Assembly: GCF_018977255.1 (NCBI RefSeq)
Contig: NW_024704743.1
Span: forward strand, 70,868,001-70,932,000
Direction of reading: 5' to 3'
From: Callorhinchus milii
Lineage: Eukaryota
Length of the DNA: 64,000 nucleotides
Below, piece by piece: positions 24,606-37,490 of this stretch. The notes under the pieces are model-generated. The model saw only the letters and a list, made by a program, of their open reading frames with translations, searched no databases and was not told the origin of the DNA. Within the stretch, counting starts at the first letter, position 1, and every line of letters starts with the position of its first letter. The position numbers and the translations under genes were made by a program.

Positions 24606-26569
24606 AAATGAGCCAGGCTGACACCTTTCAGCCATGATGAAGGCTATTCATAGTTTATGCCGGTGTTTATACTTCACATGAGCCTTCACCAATCCGATTC
24701 CACTCTGCCTATACAACAAAAAAATTTGCATTTATATAGCACCTTTCACTGAGAACGTCCCAAGGCGCTGGACAATTGAGGGTTAGCACCCAAGTTTGGG
24801 TTTGGATTCGAGGGTGGGGGCAAGGGAGGGTGGGGGGTGGTGAGGGAATGATCAAAGAGGAAGGTTTGAGATGGAACTTGAAGGAGATGAGGGAAGGGGC
24901 GAAGTGGTGGGACTCCAGGAAGCAGTTCCATCCCCTACCATTCTGTCTTTTCCCTATGCCCTCATGCATGCATTGAGGTTCCTCTTAAATGCATTGATAC
25001 TTTCTGCTTCAATCACAGCTTCTGACAATGTGTTCCACATTCTCACTATTTTACTTTGCTCAAATTGCAGGCATTCCCTGGCGCTCTATATTTGCTCAAA
25101 CAAAATAAGTATTGTTCATTTCAGAGAAGCAACGTTCCATAAAGTCAATATGAACTGTGTGCAGGTTTTTTCAGTAAATAATTAAAGCAGATAACCTTAA
25201 GAATGGATATCTAGCAGTTAAGTTACACATCAGTTACTTGATTACTGGACCTTATAGATTTTCAGCGAGTTTGAAAACGCACTTCCAACTGAGGCATTGT
25301 ATTGGCATTGTGTAGCTAGCAGAGAAATGGTGACATAACATGGCTTTGTTCCTACAAAAGATGAGCATCTCATTGAGAGGTGCATAGAAATTCAGCAGGT
25401 GGCTTTTCTTCTGTGACATTTCAGCCAAAGCTTAATGCAGTGACAAGAAATGGCCCTGACAATATAAAGCAAATAATGTTATTTTTCACACTGATCTATG
25501 TATCATAAATGCTTTAGACAAACAGGGCCTCTGAGGCTTTCAAGGCTTATAAATCTTATTTAATGATCTCATCATAAAACCTAAATTAAATATTAATGAT
25601 GCTTTGGGGAACAATTCATAATTACTGTTGTATCTGCTGACATCTGCCGTCTTCCAGGCTTGCAAAAGACTATGAGTGAAGAAACAGCTCTGATGCCATT
25701 AGTGTCAATTAAAAGCAATGCACAATTCATCTTGCAAATGGTCAACTATATTTTCTGTGTTCAGTAAAGTGCACCATCAGTTGGAACAGTTTAAAATCTG
25801 CCACAGAAACATATGACTGACACTCCAGTGTTGGGGGATGCTCTGGATTGTCAGAGGTGACATCCTTTGGATGAGATGGTAAACCAAGGTCCCGTCTGTC
25901 TATTCAGGTGGGAATTACAGATCTCATGGCATTATTCGAAAAGAGAAGGGAGTTTCCTTCAGTGTCCTGCAATCCAATTTATATGCCACTTATATCTCAA
26001 AGTGCTTTACGCGGCTGGCTGGTCACCCGAGTGGGAGCTAAAGAGGGTGAGGAGGGGACTGATGACTGAAAGCATGTCCAAAGAAGTAAATCTTGAGATG
26101 AGCTTTGAAAATGGAGAGGTGGGGGGCAAGTTGTCACCTAATATTTTCCAGAATTACGTAAGTGTGTCCCTCCAGGGAGTGAGTGCACATTCCATTCCAG
26201 CTGTCGGACAATATCCATGAGCTTGCAAGTGGTTTCTGTGTGTTATCAGTTTGCAAAGGCCATGGATTGGTCATTTTCTAACTTACTGCTTTTCTTGGTC
26301 AATGTCAATATCAAATGCAAAGATTATTAGTATTATTATAATGTTAATATGACGTTATTTTAATGAGAATACGAGCATGATTGGAAAATAAATTTGGGGA
26401 TGATTTCAGCTGTTTCTGATAGATGGGAATAGAAGACTTTGTGAATATCCTTGTTGAGTGCAATTGTTTGCACAAGTATGTGTTCCTAAACATGGGTGTC
26501 AGGCTTGCAGCATTGCAGAGCANTTTTTGGAAAACTGATACTGGGAAATATTTGAAAAGTTTTGATAAT

Positions 26570-26930
26570 CTCCATCCTCTCCATCACCCATCATCCTCTC
26601 CATCCCCCACCATCACCCTCCATCCCCTCCATCACCCACCAGCATCCTCCATCCCCTCCATCACCCTCCATCCTCTCCATCCCCTCCATCACCCACCATT
26701 ACTCTCCATCCCCTCGATCACCCTCCATCACCCTCCATCCCCTCCATCACCCTCCATCCCCTCTATCACCTTCCATCAGCCTTCATTCCCTCCATCACCC
26801 ACATCACCCTCCATCCTCTCCATCACCCTCCATCCCCTCCATCACCCTCCATCCCCTCCATCACCCTCCACCTCCTCCATCATCCTCCATTCCCTCCATC
26901 CTCTCCATCCTCTCCATCACCCACCATCCA
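26570..26930 (+). repeat. Degenerate C/T-rich minisatellite (CCATCCCCTCCATCACCCT-like units)
   Basis: About 360 bp built from ccatc/ccctc/cacc units and nearly devoid of G; explains the H/P/S-rich ORFs. Confidence 0.9.
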
Positions 26931-27143
26931 CACGTCTAATAATAATCCTTCCAAAAAACAAAAACAATAATAAATGGTCACTTCAATCCACGACTGTATG
27001 TGGGACACTGCTGTGCGCAATTGGCTGCCGCATTTCGCCCACAAATATACAGTCAATTTACTTTACAGCATATTTTGTGAAGCGCTTTGAGATGTCTCGA
27101 AGACGTGAAAAGCGCTATATCAAATGCAAGGATTATTATTATT
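26927..27143 (+). mobile_element. Headless short-subfamily SINE
   Basis: Starts at ccacacgtctaataataatcc, then Deu-like domain and tail. Confidence 0.88.
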
Positions 27144-30100
27144 ATGTGTAGGTGGCCCTCATGAGCAGAATTCTCAGTCTGGTTTGAATGCTCTTAAAGA
27201 TGGTGATGGGTTTCTGCATATTTCAGACACCCAGTTGACCAAAAAAGAAATATATAGGATCACTGACTCAGGCATAAAGTTTATGTTCTGTGCAGTCATC
27301 TTCATAAAATCTTCTCCAATTACAAATTCTGAATACTCAGCATATAAAATATAGTCTAACCACTGCCAACTTTCACTTAGACTTCATTGCACATAATACA
27401 CAGTACCAGCTTTATGTCATACCTAGTTTTTGTCAAGTATTTTTGTTGTTCTTCACATATTAAATGAATAAATTGGCTGGGATTTTTAAAAATATACAAG
27501 ACAGCTACTTTTATTGTAAACATCATAAAACTTCCAATTGTACAAAGAAAAGGCAAGCATGCCAACTTATTCAGAACTAACTGCACTATTTTCTCTAATT
27601 CTTTCCACCCATGTATTGGACATATCAAGAATGTAATATAAATAATGCTGAAATATTGCCCCAGAACTTTGAAGGTCACATTCCCAAGATTCGTGACGCA
27701 ATTTTATCTCACAATTATCAAACAAAATTAAATAAGGTTAATTCAACTGCATATTTAAATCAAAAATAATCTGGCCCCCAAAAGGGACAGGATATGTAGT
27801 ACGGCACATGTAATTGGGATGATGTAAATAAAATGATGTGATCAGAGGACTGGGTTTACACCAAACGAAAAATTAGGCAATTTTGACAAATTTAAGTAAA
27901 CAGTGGCATGGGTATGTTATTTGTAAAAGCAATTTCATTAATTGCTCACAGAATGTGCAAAGAGAAAATCCCATGCTGTTTTTTTTAACAATTACAGTAT
28001 CATGCACGACAGTTTACGGAGTGTGTCTGGACTACAAAGTCATAAGGGCCCTTGTTTTACACACTTCACAGAGCAAGTTTCCATTGAAATAAATGGAGGA
28101 AAATAGTGGCTTTTAAAATTCTATTTAGTTCGACAGGGTAAACACTCACAAGGAGTTGGATTCAATTTCTTACTGCTGTGAAGCATAAGCACTTGTACAC
28201 AGAGGTCCAGACTTCTCTGTGCTTATGAACATGGTGCAGTCACACAAATGTTCTATTTAATATCTTCATAAGATTTATCAAATCATTAGGGTGAAATATT
28301 CATCAGTGCAGAATATATATCATACTGTACTACTTTATTTTACTCATATAATGATGTAAAAAATTTAAGTCTTTGTCATTTAGTAATACTTTGCGTACTT
28401 AACTAAGTTATTTTCTCCTCTTCCCTTGGTCCGGCCACACTAAAGATATCACTTCCAAAGGCACAGTTATGATTGGGAACTTGCCCTGGCAGAAATCTCT
28501 TGGTCAGACCCATGTCCTACTGACTTGTGACAAACTGTGGCACCAAGCTGTTTGGCAGCCCAGTTTCTGGATATAGCTCAGGAGATTTGATTATTTCTGA
28601 CTTTGAAACTAAAAACGGCAGCATTTTTTTTTCTCTCGAGATCAATAAACCTTTGTCTGCTCCTGAGCCTGAATGTTTTGCAGTCAATTGGCAGAACTCA
28701 TCCCTTAGACTCTATTGTTTGACACACAGCTCATGTACAGTTAGATATTAGACTTCACATTGAATTGCATACTGCAGCTTATTGCCCAGGTAGTTGGCCC
28801 TAATTATTTCTGAGTGCCATAGAGTGCTATTTTAAGAATAGTTGGCATTATGTCTCAAATAATTGGCAATCAGGTGGCATAGGCCATATGCAGGTGAATA
28901 GATTAAAAACTACATAATAGGCAAGTTGACATCCTCAATGAGGCACAGTGTAAATCTATGCAAGCTTGAGTGTTCTCATGGTCCTGACAATTATTTTTCT
29001 CATTAGAAGTTTTAAGCCTATGGAGCATAAAATAGTAACCTCTGCAGATTGTCCAGGGAGGCATTTATTGAGTGCAGTTATTCATCAACCAGCATGTTCT
29101 CAACCTATAAACGTAACAATTAGAGTTTAAAATAATACTATAACTGATCTCACGTTGTCAAGTCTGGAATGCTTACTGTCTGTGCCAGAATGTAACAGTA
29201 TTATAATAATGCTAAATATAAGGTGGATTGTTTTTGGTTCCCTAATTCGAGACTCGCCCATTCGAAATTCATATTTTTGTAAATAATACTGATACCGATA
29301 CCTATTGTCTGAAGATAAATTGTAATTAGGCCATTACAGATTTCATATGCACATTTAAAGGATTCATATATTTTATGTTTGGCCGAACAACAATTTACAT
29401 CTTAGATGGCACCTTTGATTTCAGAATGATGTCTCTAAGCACTTTACACGACTTTGTGGGATCCCGAGAGGGAGTTGTAGGGAGGTTAGGAAAGAAATTC
29501 TCATTTTCTCTGCTTCTCTTCTTAAAATACTGTCTCACGTTGGGGTATAATAATAATAGAATAATCCTTACATTCGATTTAGTACCTTTCATCATGGCAG
29601 TAGGTCTCAAAGCACTTCATAGGATTTACTGTAAAGTGTAGAGACCATGTAATTTGTAGGCGAATGCAGCAGCCAGTAGATAGCATTGTCCCACAAACAG
29701 CCATGATATGAATGATTTAATTTATTTGGAAGGTTGTTGGCCAGGATAACAAAATCACTTTTCTTTTCGAATAATAACAAAACATTAACGTTTTTAATAT
29801 GATCTAATCTATATATTATTATATTATATATAAATATATATATAACATTTTTTTGAATGAAAAAGAATGAAGCTTCAGAAGTGATGTGATGTCCAGGTGG
29901 AATAAACTTTCTGTTTGCAGATCTAGGGAGAGATTCCCTGCTTACTGCCTTAGAGTAGTCATTTAGATAATGTACATTTATAATGGCAGAAAATCCAATT
30001 ATAAGGGGACATTGCCAAAGTCATGACACTCAGTGGCAGGTGAAATATCATGCCATCCATCTATTACCAATTAGTACTTCCACCAACGTAAAGAAGAAAT

Positions 30101-31496
30101 GAAAGCAATGACATAATGTTGTTTTGTTGTTAATTAATTGACTCTTTCTTGGCTCTCTTTACCATCCCAACTCCTCCTGCATGTTTAGGAGTCAGATATC
30201 CACACATGAAACTTCAGCTTTTTATTGACAGATTATTTCCTCTTTCTAACTCTAGTATCCTCATTTGAGATGATAATCAAAGCAAAAGTGGTGAAACAGT
30301 CATTAACTGTTCCTATTGAGTATCTGGAATATTAATACCCTTCCACCACACTGCACCCACCCTCTGGAACTCCATCCCGCATTCCCTCCGTCTCGCCCCC
30401 TCACTCACCACCTTCAAGACCCACCTCAAGACTCTCCTCTTCGACCATGCTTTCGATCTCCCTGCTTCCCCCCCTGCCCTCCCCCACCCCAACCCTCAGC
30501 TTGGATCCATAACTCTGTCTGTCCAGGGCATTGGGACGTCCTCCCAACATGAAAGGCGCTATACAAATGTAATTTTGTTATTGTTGTAATATATTTCAGG
30601 GCCGCAAACTGTTGTCACTTACATCTCAGTCTCTCTTCTGACCTTATGCTTATGCATATAATATGATGCATGTATGAGTCTGGGAGAATAATAGCTAAAA
30701 TCTTAGAAAAGCCACCAAAATTGCCTCAAAGGTGTCTTTTCATTCATTTCAATGGTAGCTTCTGGAGATAGTGGTTTAATTCATTCTTCGCACAACAAAT
30801 GGATCCTATTAATTTTTCGTAGTGATTTTTATTATTGAAATGGTGAAACGTTTTGAATGCAACAAAATTCTTCCATTATTAACGATTTTATAACAGCTAT
30901 TGTATAGTCAGGGCACTGTTCCTGAATACAATTGCTCGTCATTAACATATGAACTACCCTGTGACATACCATTAATAGGAACTGGTTGATGGGGTTCCCT
31001 CCTGACAGCAGTGTCTTAAAAAGCTGCCTTAAAATCTGCGTTGACAGATTGAATGTGTTGTGCTGTTTCTTCTTCTGGGACTTAGATCAATCAGTGAAAC
31101 TTCCATTATAACTTGTGAGAGCAAAGGTACAATTGTACAAGGTTACAATTATTTCCAGTTATAAACTCTCCTATTTAGTAATGATTTTTTTTAGAATTGT
31201 ATCATTTTTGTTCCAAACTCCCCAGCATCAATGTAGATAAGGTCCTGAATTTGCATTCTCTGAACCACACAAATCAATATCCAGCCAAAAGATAGGATAT
31301 TGCTATTTACACAGAATGAGCTCCATTATTCCATGCCTGTGGTTATGTTATTTCTTACTTATTAATTTAGAAATTTGTTATAGTTTAGACAAGTTTTGTT
31401 CATTTTCCCAAACTTTTTTTCAGCATATTCAGTACATCACTCCCAGAGAATGAACTATGGAAAGTTGCAGCACGGAAGCAAGCCATGCAAGTGTAT

Positions 31497-31850
31497 CAAG
31501 TCCCGTAGTGTATTGGTTAGAGCATTCGCCTCACAAGTGAGAGGAGTTTGATTCCCAGGTGGGGCGAAACCTTAGGCAACTTTCCCTACTCTAAATGCCT
31601 CTGTCTATCTTACAGTAAGTAGGAACTCAGTTGTTTGTCAATTAGCGGTTTATAAAACCTTCAAAGAAACAAAACTGGGTCACTCAATCCACGACCGTTT
31701 GTGGGACACTGCTATGCCAATTGGGTGCCACGTTTTACCCACAAATATAAAGAAGAATAGACAGTCAATCTACTTTAGTATATTCTGTGTAGCACTCTGA
31801 GACATCTCAATAATGTCATAAGGAGCTATATCAAATGCAAATGTAATAAT
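31497..31850 (+). mobile_element. tRNA-derived SINE, long subfamily, diverged
   Basis: Head, CORE-like, Deu-like and tail modules recognisable. Confidence 0.8.
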
Positions 31851-33250
31851 CCCAAGCCACCACTGGTGCTTTTCTCCACATGAGCCATCCAATTAAATCC
31901 CATTCTACTGCTCATTCCCCATTGCCTTTAATATTTCTTTGTTTTAAAAATCTATCTCGTCTCCATTTTTAAAACAAATGGAGTCTGCTTCAACAATGGT
32001 TTATGCCAGAGAATTTGACATTGCAACTAATTTCTGTAAAAAAAAATTCTAGCTCCTCAGAGCATTTAAAGGTATTGATAAACCAGTGATTGTTCTGATC
32101 TTAAATACTCCACCTTTGCTATCTGTATACATTCTCTGCTATCCGCTATTTAAAACTGCATTTCTTTTTACTTGAATTCCTACAAGCATCCTTCTTTATT
32201 TTTCACTCAATCCTATTGCCAAAGTAGGTTTTCATTCTTAGATCAATAATCTAGTATATAATATAAATAAAGCATGTTTTCCATAACTTTTGCTCTGGTA
32301 GAATAAAAAATAGTCACATCAAACACTTTGAGGAATCAGGAACACGTACTTTGGTGAATTACCAAATAGCTCAATCTTAAGATCAACCCCACCTTTCTGA
32401 AGTCTGATACATTCCCAAGTCAACTTCAGGTACACTGAGTGCCCCTCTATCTGGCGTGTATTTGGCACTGTTTGTGCTTCCCTTGCTGTCTTGCTTTTCT
32501 GATTTCCACCGATGAAACTTACAAGAGAGCTTTGGAGACTATATACTTTAGTTCGAACAATGTCAACTGAGACATAGGGAGCCATTCACAGGGGCCCTCA
32601 GGAAATTTCCCAATTTCCCATATGCATACTCAGTCAATCCCTGCTAACATCCACTGAAGCCTAGGAGTGGAATAACATCTCTCCTGAAAGACACAATGCA
32701 GTGCCACCCCAGAACCAATCAATACTAACTTGAAACCAAAACATGCGAAGCACGTGGGGCATACAAATGTATTGCTCATTGTACAAATGTGCAGTTTTGG
32801 GGCAAAACGCCATTTATTCTATGACAATCTTTTCAGCCAGTCAGACTATACCCAGTAAGATCTCTCACTCAGATCAAATATATTAATCTTCTCATATATT
32901 TGCTTTAAACCCTGGAATTTTTTGTCAACAAAAAATTATTTAAACACCTCTCATTTATCACTTGAACTAGACATGAAAAAGTACTCAGCAGCAATGCAAC
33001 TGTCTTCTTACTGATGCTAAATAATAGAAAATTGAGGAATCAGAAATCATAACCCACCTCAGTGGATCCCAATTGACACATTTCATTTTGTGAAATGATG
33101 TCTCATTGGTAAGCTGTTTTGTTCACAAGGTCTGAGCTAAACGTAGTACAGCTGTAAATGCTCAAATCCTTGAAAAAGCCAAAGGTGGTCAATAGCACCA
33201 AGAGAAAAAGCCAAAAATGAAATATACCTATTGCAACAGAAACAAGTTAA

Positions 33251-33576
33251 GTAGAGTCCTGTAGCTCAGTGGTTAGAGCACTTGCTTTGTAAGCGAGAGA
33301 CCTGAGTTCAATTCCAGGCAGGGCGATACCTTGGGTAAGTTTCCTTACTCCACACACCTAATAATAATCCCTCCAAAACCAAAAACAATAATAAATTGGT
33401 CATTTTCAATCTACGACTGTTTGTGGGACATTGCTGTGCACAATTGGCTTCCGCGTTTTGCCACAAATATACAGTCAATTCACTTTACAGTGTCTTCTGT
33501 GAAGCACTTTGGGACGTCCTCCCGACGTGAAAAGGCTATATTCAAAATGCAAGGATTATTATTATTATATTATTAT
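33251..33576 (+). mobile_element. tRNA-derived SINE, short subfamily with L2-identical loop
   Basis: Full head; tail GGGACGTCCTCCCGACGTGAAA. Confidence 0.9.
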
Positions 33577-33595
33577 AAGTATGATTTATGACTAA

Positions 33596-34610
33596 ATAAC
33601 TTCCAATGTATGCGGATGACACCCAACTCTACCTTTCCTCCTCTACCCTCAACTCCACGACCACCGATGTCCTGACATCCTGCCTGTCCGACATCAAGTC
33701 TTGGATGGGAGACAACTTTCTTCAGCTCAACGTGCGCAAAACTGAGGCCCTCCTGATTGACTCACGTCAGCGCCTCCGCACCTCAGCCGCTGATAGCAGC
33801 AGCATCCAAGGCTGCACTCTCCACCTCTCAAAGCCAGTCAGGAACCTCGGGGTTCTGTTCGACCCTGAGCTGTCCTTTCTCCCGCATATCCGCGCCACAA
33901 CTGGCACCGCCTTCCATCACCTCCAGAATGTCGCCAGACTACGGCACTATCTCACCCCTCACGCTGCTGAAACTCTGGTCCACGCCTTTATCACCTCAAG
34001 GTTGGACTACAGGAACTCTCTCCTCGCCGGCCTTCCCGCCACCTCCCTCCACAAGCTACAGGTCATTCAGAACTCTGCAGCTCATGTACTGTCCCGCACC
34101 AGGCTTCGCGACGACATCACTCCCACCCTCGCTCGCCTCCACTGGCTCCCCATCCCCCAGAGGATCAAATTCAAGATCCTCATCCTCACCTACAAGGCCA
34201 TTCACGGCCTTGCTCCCTCCTACCTTTCCGACCTACTATCCCCCTACTTACCTGCCCGTACCCTCCATTCCTCTGGCTCTGGTCTGCTCCACATCCCCCG
34301 CCCCAACCGCCCTACCATCGGTGGTCGGGCCTTCAGCCTCTCAGCCCCTAGGATCTGGAACTCTATCCCCCAGTGCCTTCTCCTTGCTTCCTCCCTTTCC
34401 TCCTTCAAGGCCGGTCTCAAGACCTTTCTCTTTGACCGTACCTTCAGCTCCCCTCTCGACTCTCTACCCCCTCCTCGCTCCCTCCCTTCCCTCCCCTCAC
34501 CCTGACCATTTCCCCACTGCTCGGGTCCTGACCCAACTGTACAGCGCCTTGGGACGTCCTCCAGACGTGAAAGGCGCTCTATAAATGGAATCTTGTTGTT
34601 GTTGTTGTTG
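33596..34610 (+). mobile_element. Young L2 LINE, 5'-truncated, intact 299-codon ORF2 C-terminus
   Basis: MYADDTQLY...RNLGVLFD...SRLDYRNSLL...LHWLPIPQRIKFK...FKAGLKTFLF; stem-loop plus (GTT)n tail. Confidence 0.95.
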
Positions 34611-34934
34611 TCATGAATATTTACACAACTCTCCATAAAAGGATGCAATGCTGAACCTGTGTCTAAGCATGAATGAATTACCTCAGTTTATATGCATCTT
34701 GAGGGTTGTAATCCAAATGTGCAATGTTACTTTGTCTGTGGACTTTGTGTAGGTTGGCAACTTTATGGTGTGCTCATGGCACGTTAATTGGCATATCATG
34801 GTATTGCGGAGGAAAAATAAGGGGTATAGATTGCCTCAGGATCTATCATGAATAGATCTGGAGTGTGAAGATGAGTGCTTGAGTAATTACCTGAGCAACA
34901 CATTCAATCCATCTGCTATTTTATCATAATAAAA

Positions 34935-35200
34935 TGTAATAATCCTTGCATTTGATATAGCACCTTTTCACATCTAAAAGCGCTTCACGGAATATATTGT
35001 AAAGTGGATTAACTGTGTATTTTGTGGGTGAAACGCCAATTGTTTACATCAGTGTCCCACAAACAGTCATGGATTGAGTGACCAATTTTTTTTTGGAAGG
35101 ATTATTAACCCCGGAAAGAGCCCGCTCGACTAACAACTGGTTCCTACTTACTGCAAGGTAAACAGAGGCATGTGGAGTAATTAAACATGACTAAGATTTC
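34935..35200 (-). mobile_element. Long-subfamily SINE, headless
   Basis: Tail, Deu-like and CORE-like segments on the minus strand. Confidence 0.8.
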
Positions 35201-35570
35201 ACCCTTATAGAAGGTCAGATTGGGCTCAATGGAAAGGTTGGTTAGGCATCATCTAACCTGGGAACTGATCTCTGACAATGCAGTACGTCCCCACCACTGA
35301 ATTGGAGTGTCAGCCTAGACTTTGAATTCAAAGTCTTGATTGGGCTTCAACCCACAATCTTCTGACTCTGAGGCTATTGTTCCTCCTGCTCACAGAGTTC
35401 AGTGTTTTGAGTTCAGCTAAAAACAGTTCACACACTTAACTCAAATGGTATCATACAAAGCGGCAGTGACACTCAACCTCAGGGATCAAAAATACTGTTC
35501 CTCCCAAACATCCAAGGTGGTGCCAAATTTTTTGTAAAGAAACTTCGGATCAAACTATTGTAGCCACGTC

Positions 35571-35603
35571 GGTGGGGGGGGGGGGGGGGGTGGGGGGGTG
35601 GAG
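35571..35603 (+). repeat. Poly-G tract (G-quadruplex-capable)
   Basis: ggt-G17-t-G7-tgg. Confidence 0.85.
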
Positions 35604-36369
35604 GATGTTGCTATGGTGATTGTGTATGATTCCACAGTCAGTCATTTGGAAACAGATGAAACTTGTAGTGTGATCAAATCTATTATAAAATGCTGCATTT
35701 TTCATCCTATAGGTTTCTCATTTTAATGCGTGACTCACAAAACGCAGCTGAATAGAATGCTTTCTTGCATGGGATGCATCATACATCCCATGACTTAAGA
35801 TATGTGCAAGAGTAGCTGCAGCAAAGAAATATGGGTGGATTTCAGGCAAACCGAGCAGAGTTATACGGTGAAGCTTTTGACAAATATCATTTGTCAGCCA
35901 CTTCCTAATTTATGAAGATCCACTTTTGAGAAAAATCAGCTAGCTCTCTGAGGCTACTGCTATCAGTCCAAAAGGGGACCAATACAGATGCTTTCATCAC
36001 TAGGGTTTTTTAGTTTTTGCTTCTTTTTTTAGTGTATTCATTAAGGTGAGCAATGACAGTGCCTGAAAAAGAAAGATTTTTCATTTTCGTCTCATGATCA
36101 TTATATGTTTTCTGAGCTCTCCTAGATTCACCTCCATCCTCACTCATACCAAACTTTGCATCACCCGTCCTCATCAAGTCTCCACTGTCATCCTGTCACC
36201 CTTAAGTCCTCAACCTCACCTATAAAACCATCCACTTCCTCATTCTCCGATCTCCTCCTACCCAACTCCTCCGCCCACCCCCTCTGTTCAGCTCGGGGGG
36301 AAGGGTTCACTCCCGTGGTCAGGGAGAACTACTGACCATATTTTTAGTTAATGTGATAATTATCATCAC

Positions 36370-36668
36370 TTTTCTGGAGGTAATAATTCATTCATTCATT
36401 CATTCATAAATAAACAAATTAAAAAATTAATAAATCAATAAATCAATAAATGAATGAATGAATGAGTGAATGAATGAATGAATGAATGAAAATAATAAAT
36501 TGGCCACTCAATCCACGACTGTTTGTGGGACAATGCTGTGTGCAATTGGCTGCCATGTTTCACGTACAAAATATACAGTCAACTCACTTTGCAATATATT
36601 CTGTGAAGCGCTTTGAGACGTCTCGTAGAGTGATAAGGTGCTTTATCAAAAGCAAGGATTATTATTAT
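36370..36668 (+). mobile_element. SINE 3' part with expanded (TTCA)n/(TGAA)n microsatellite in its linker
   Basis: ggaggtaataatt...(microsatellite)...aataataaattggccactcaatcc, then Deu-like domain and tail. Confidence 0.82.
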
Positions 36669-37149
36669 CACTAATATCACTTGCTCCACTTTTCACTATA
36701 TTTCCATGGAGAGTCTGGCATTGAGTTGATATCGGTCTAACTCCACTCTCCCTTCTGAGTTAGAAGGCTATGAGTTCAAGGTTGGTGAGGTGCTGAATTG
36801 TTGGAGGTGCTGTCCTTCAGATAAGACATCTGCTTGTTCAGATGGACATTAAAGACCCCATGACACTATTTGAAAAAAAAGAGAAATTTATTCCAATGTC
36901 CCGACAAAGAATCCCCCAGATAAAAATTGATCCCTCACCTTATGGCTGTTTGAGGGATATTACTGCACGCTTATCAGCTACAATTGCTTACAAAATACAC
37001 AGTCACTACACTTTACAGTGAACCCTGTGAAGCACAATGAGTTGTCCTCCTGTCATGTAAGATGCCATGTCAAATGTAATGATTATTATGTAACCACATG
37101 TGTAACCTAAAGTTCTCTTCTTTGTGGGATGGCACTAAGGCTGTATTAT

Positions 37150-37490
37150 TTGTAAAGACTAAATAAACAGGAAAGTATTTCCTCTGGTCAGTGAGTCAGT
37201 AACTAGTGGGCATCAATTTAAGATGTTAACAAATGAGCAAACGGGAAGTTAAGAGATTGTTTTTCACACACAGAGTAGTTAAGACATGGAATGTCCCGCT
37301 GGGAGTTGTGGTTGAAGCCGAATCCATATAAGCTTTCAAAAGGGAACTTGATAAATACCCATAAAAGGATCAACTACAAGTGTACGGGAAAAGGGCAGGT
37401 AAGTGGGACTGAAAGGATTGCTGTTAAAAGAGCCAGCACAAACATGATGGGCCAAATGGCCTTCTTCTGTGCTGTAAATTTCTGTGGTGC
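37150..37490 (+). mobile_element. Old CR1 3' end fragment
   Basis: ttttcacacacagagtagtt...tggaatg...gatgggccaaatggccttcttctgtgctgtaa. Similar relics at ~12220-12450, 14550-14770, 42060-42290, 50020-50280. Confidence 0.7.

Noticed and set aside
26423..27151. 242-aa His/Pro/Ser-rich ORF
   Set aside because: Product of a stop-free minisatellite read into a SINE.
32319..32585. 88-aa minus-strand ORF in unique sequence
   Set aside because: No recognisable protein similarity and no convincing splice sites.
33606..34505. 299-aa intact ORF as a host gene
   Set aside because: C-terminal part of L2 ORF2 starting at YADD; lacks the endonuclease and most of the RT. Its intactness reflects youth.
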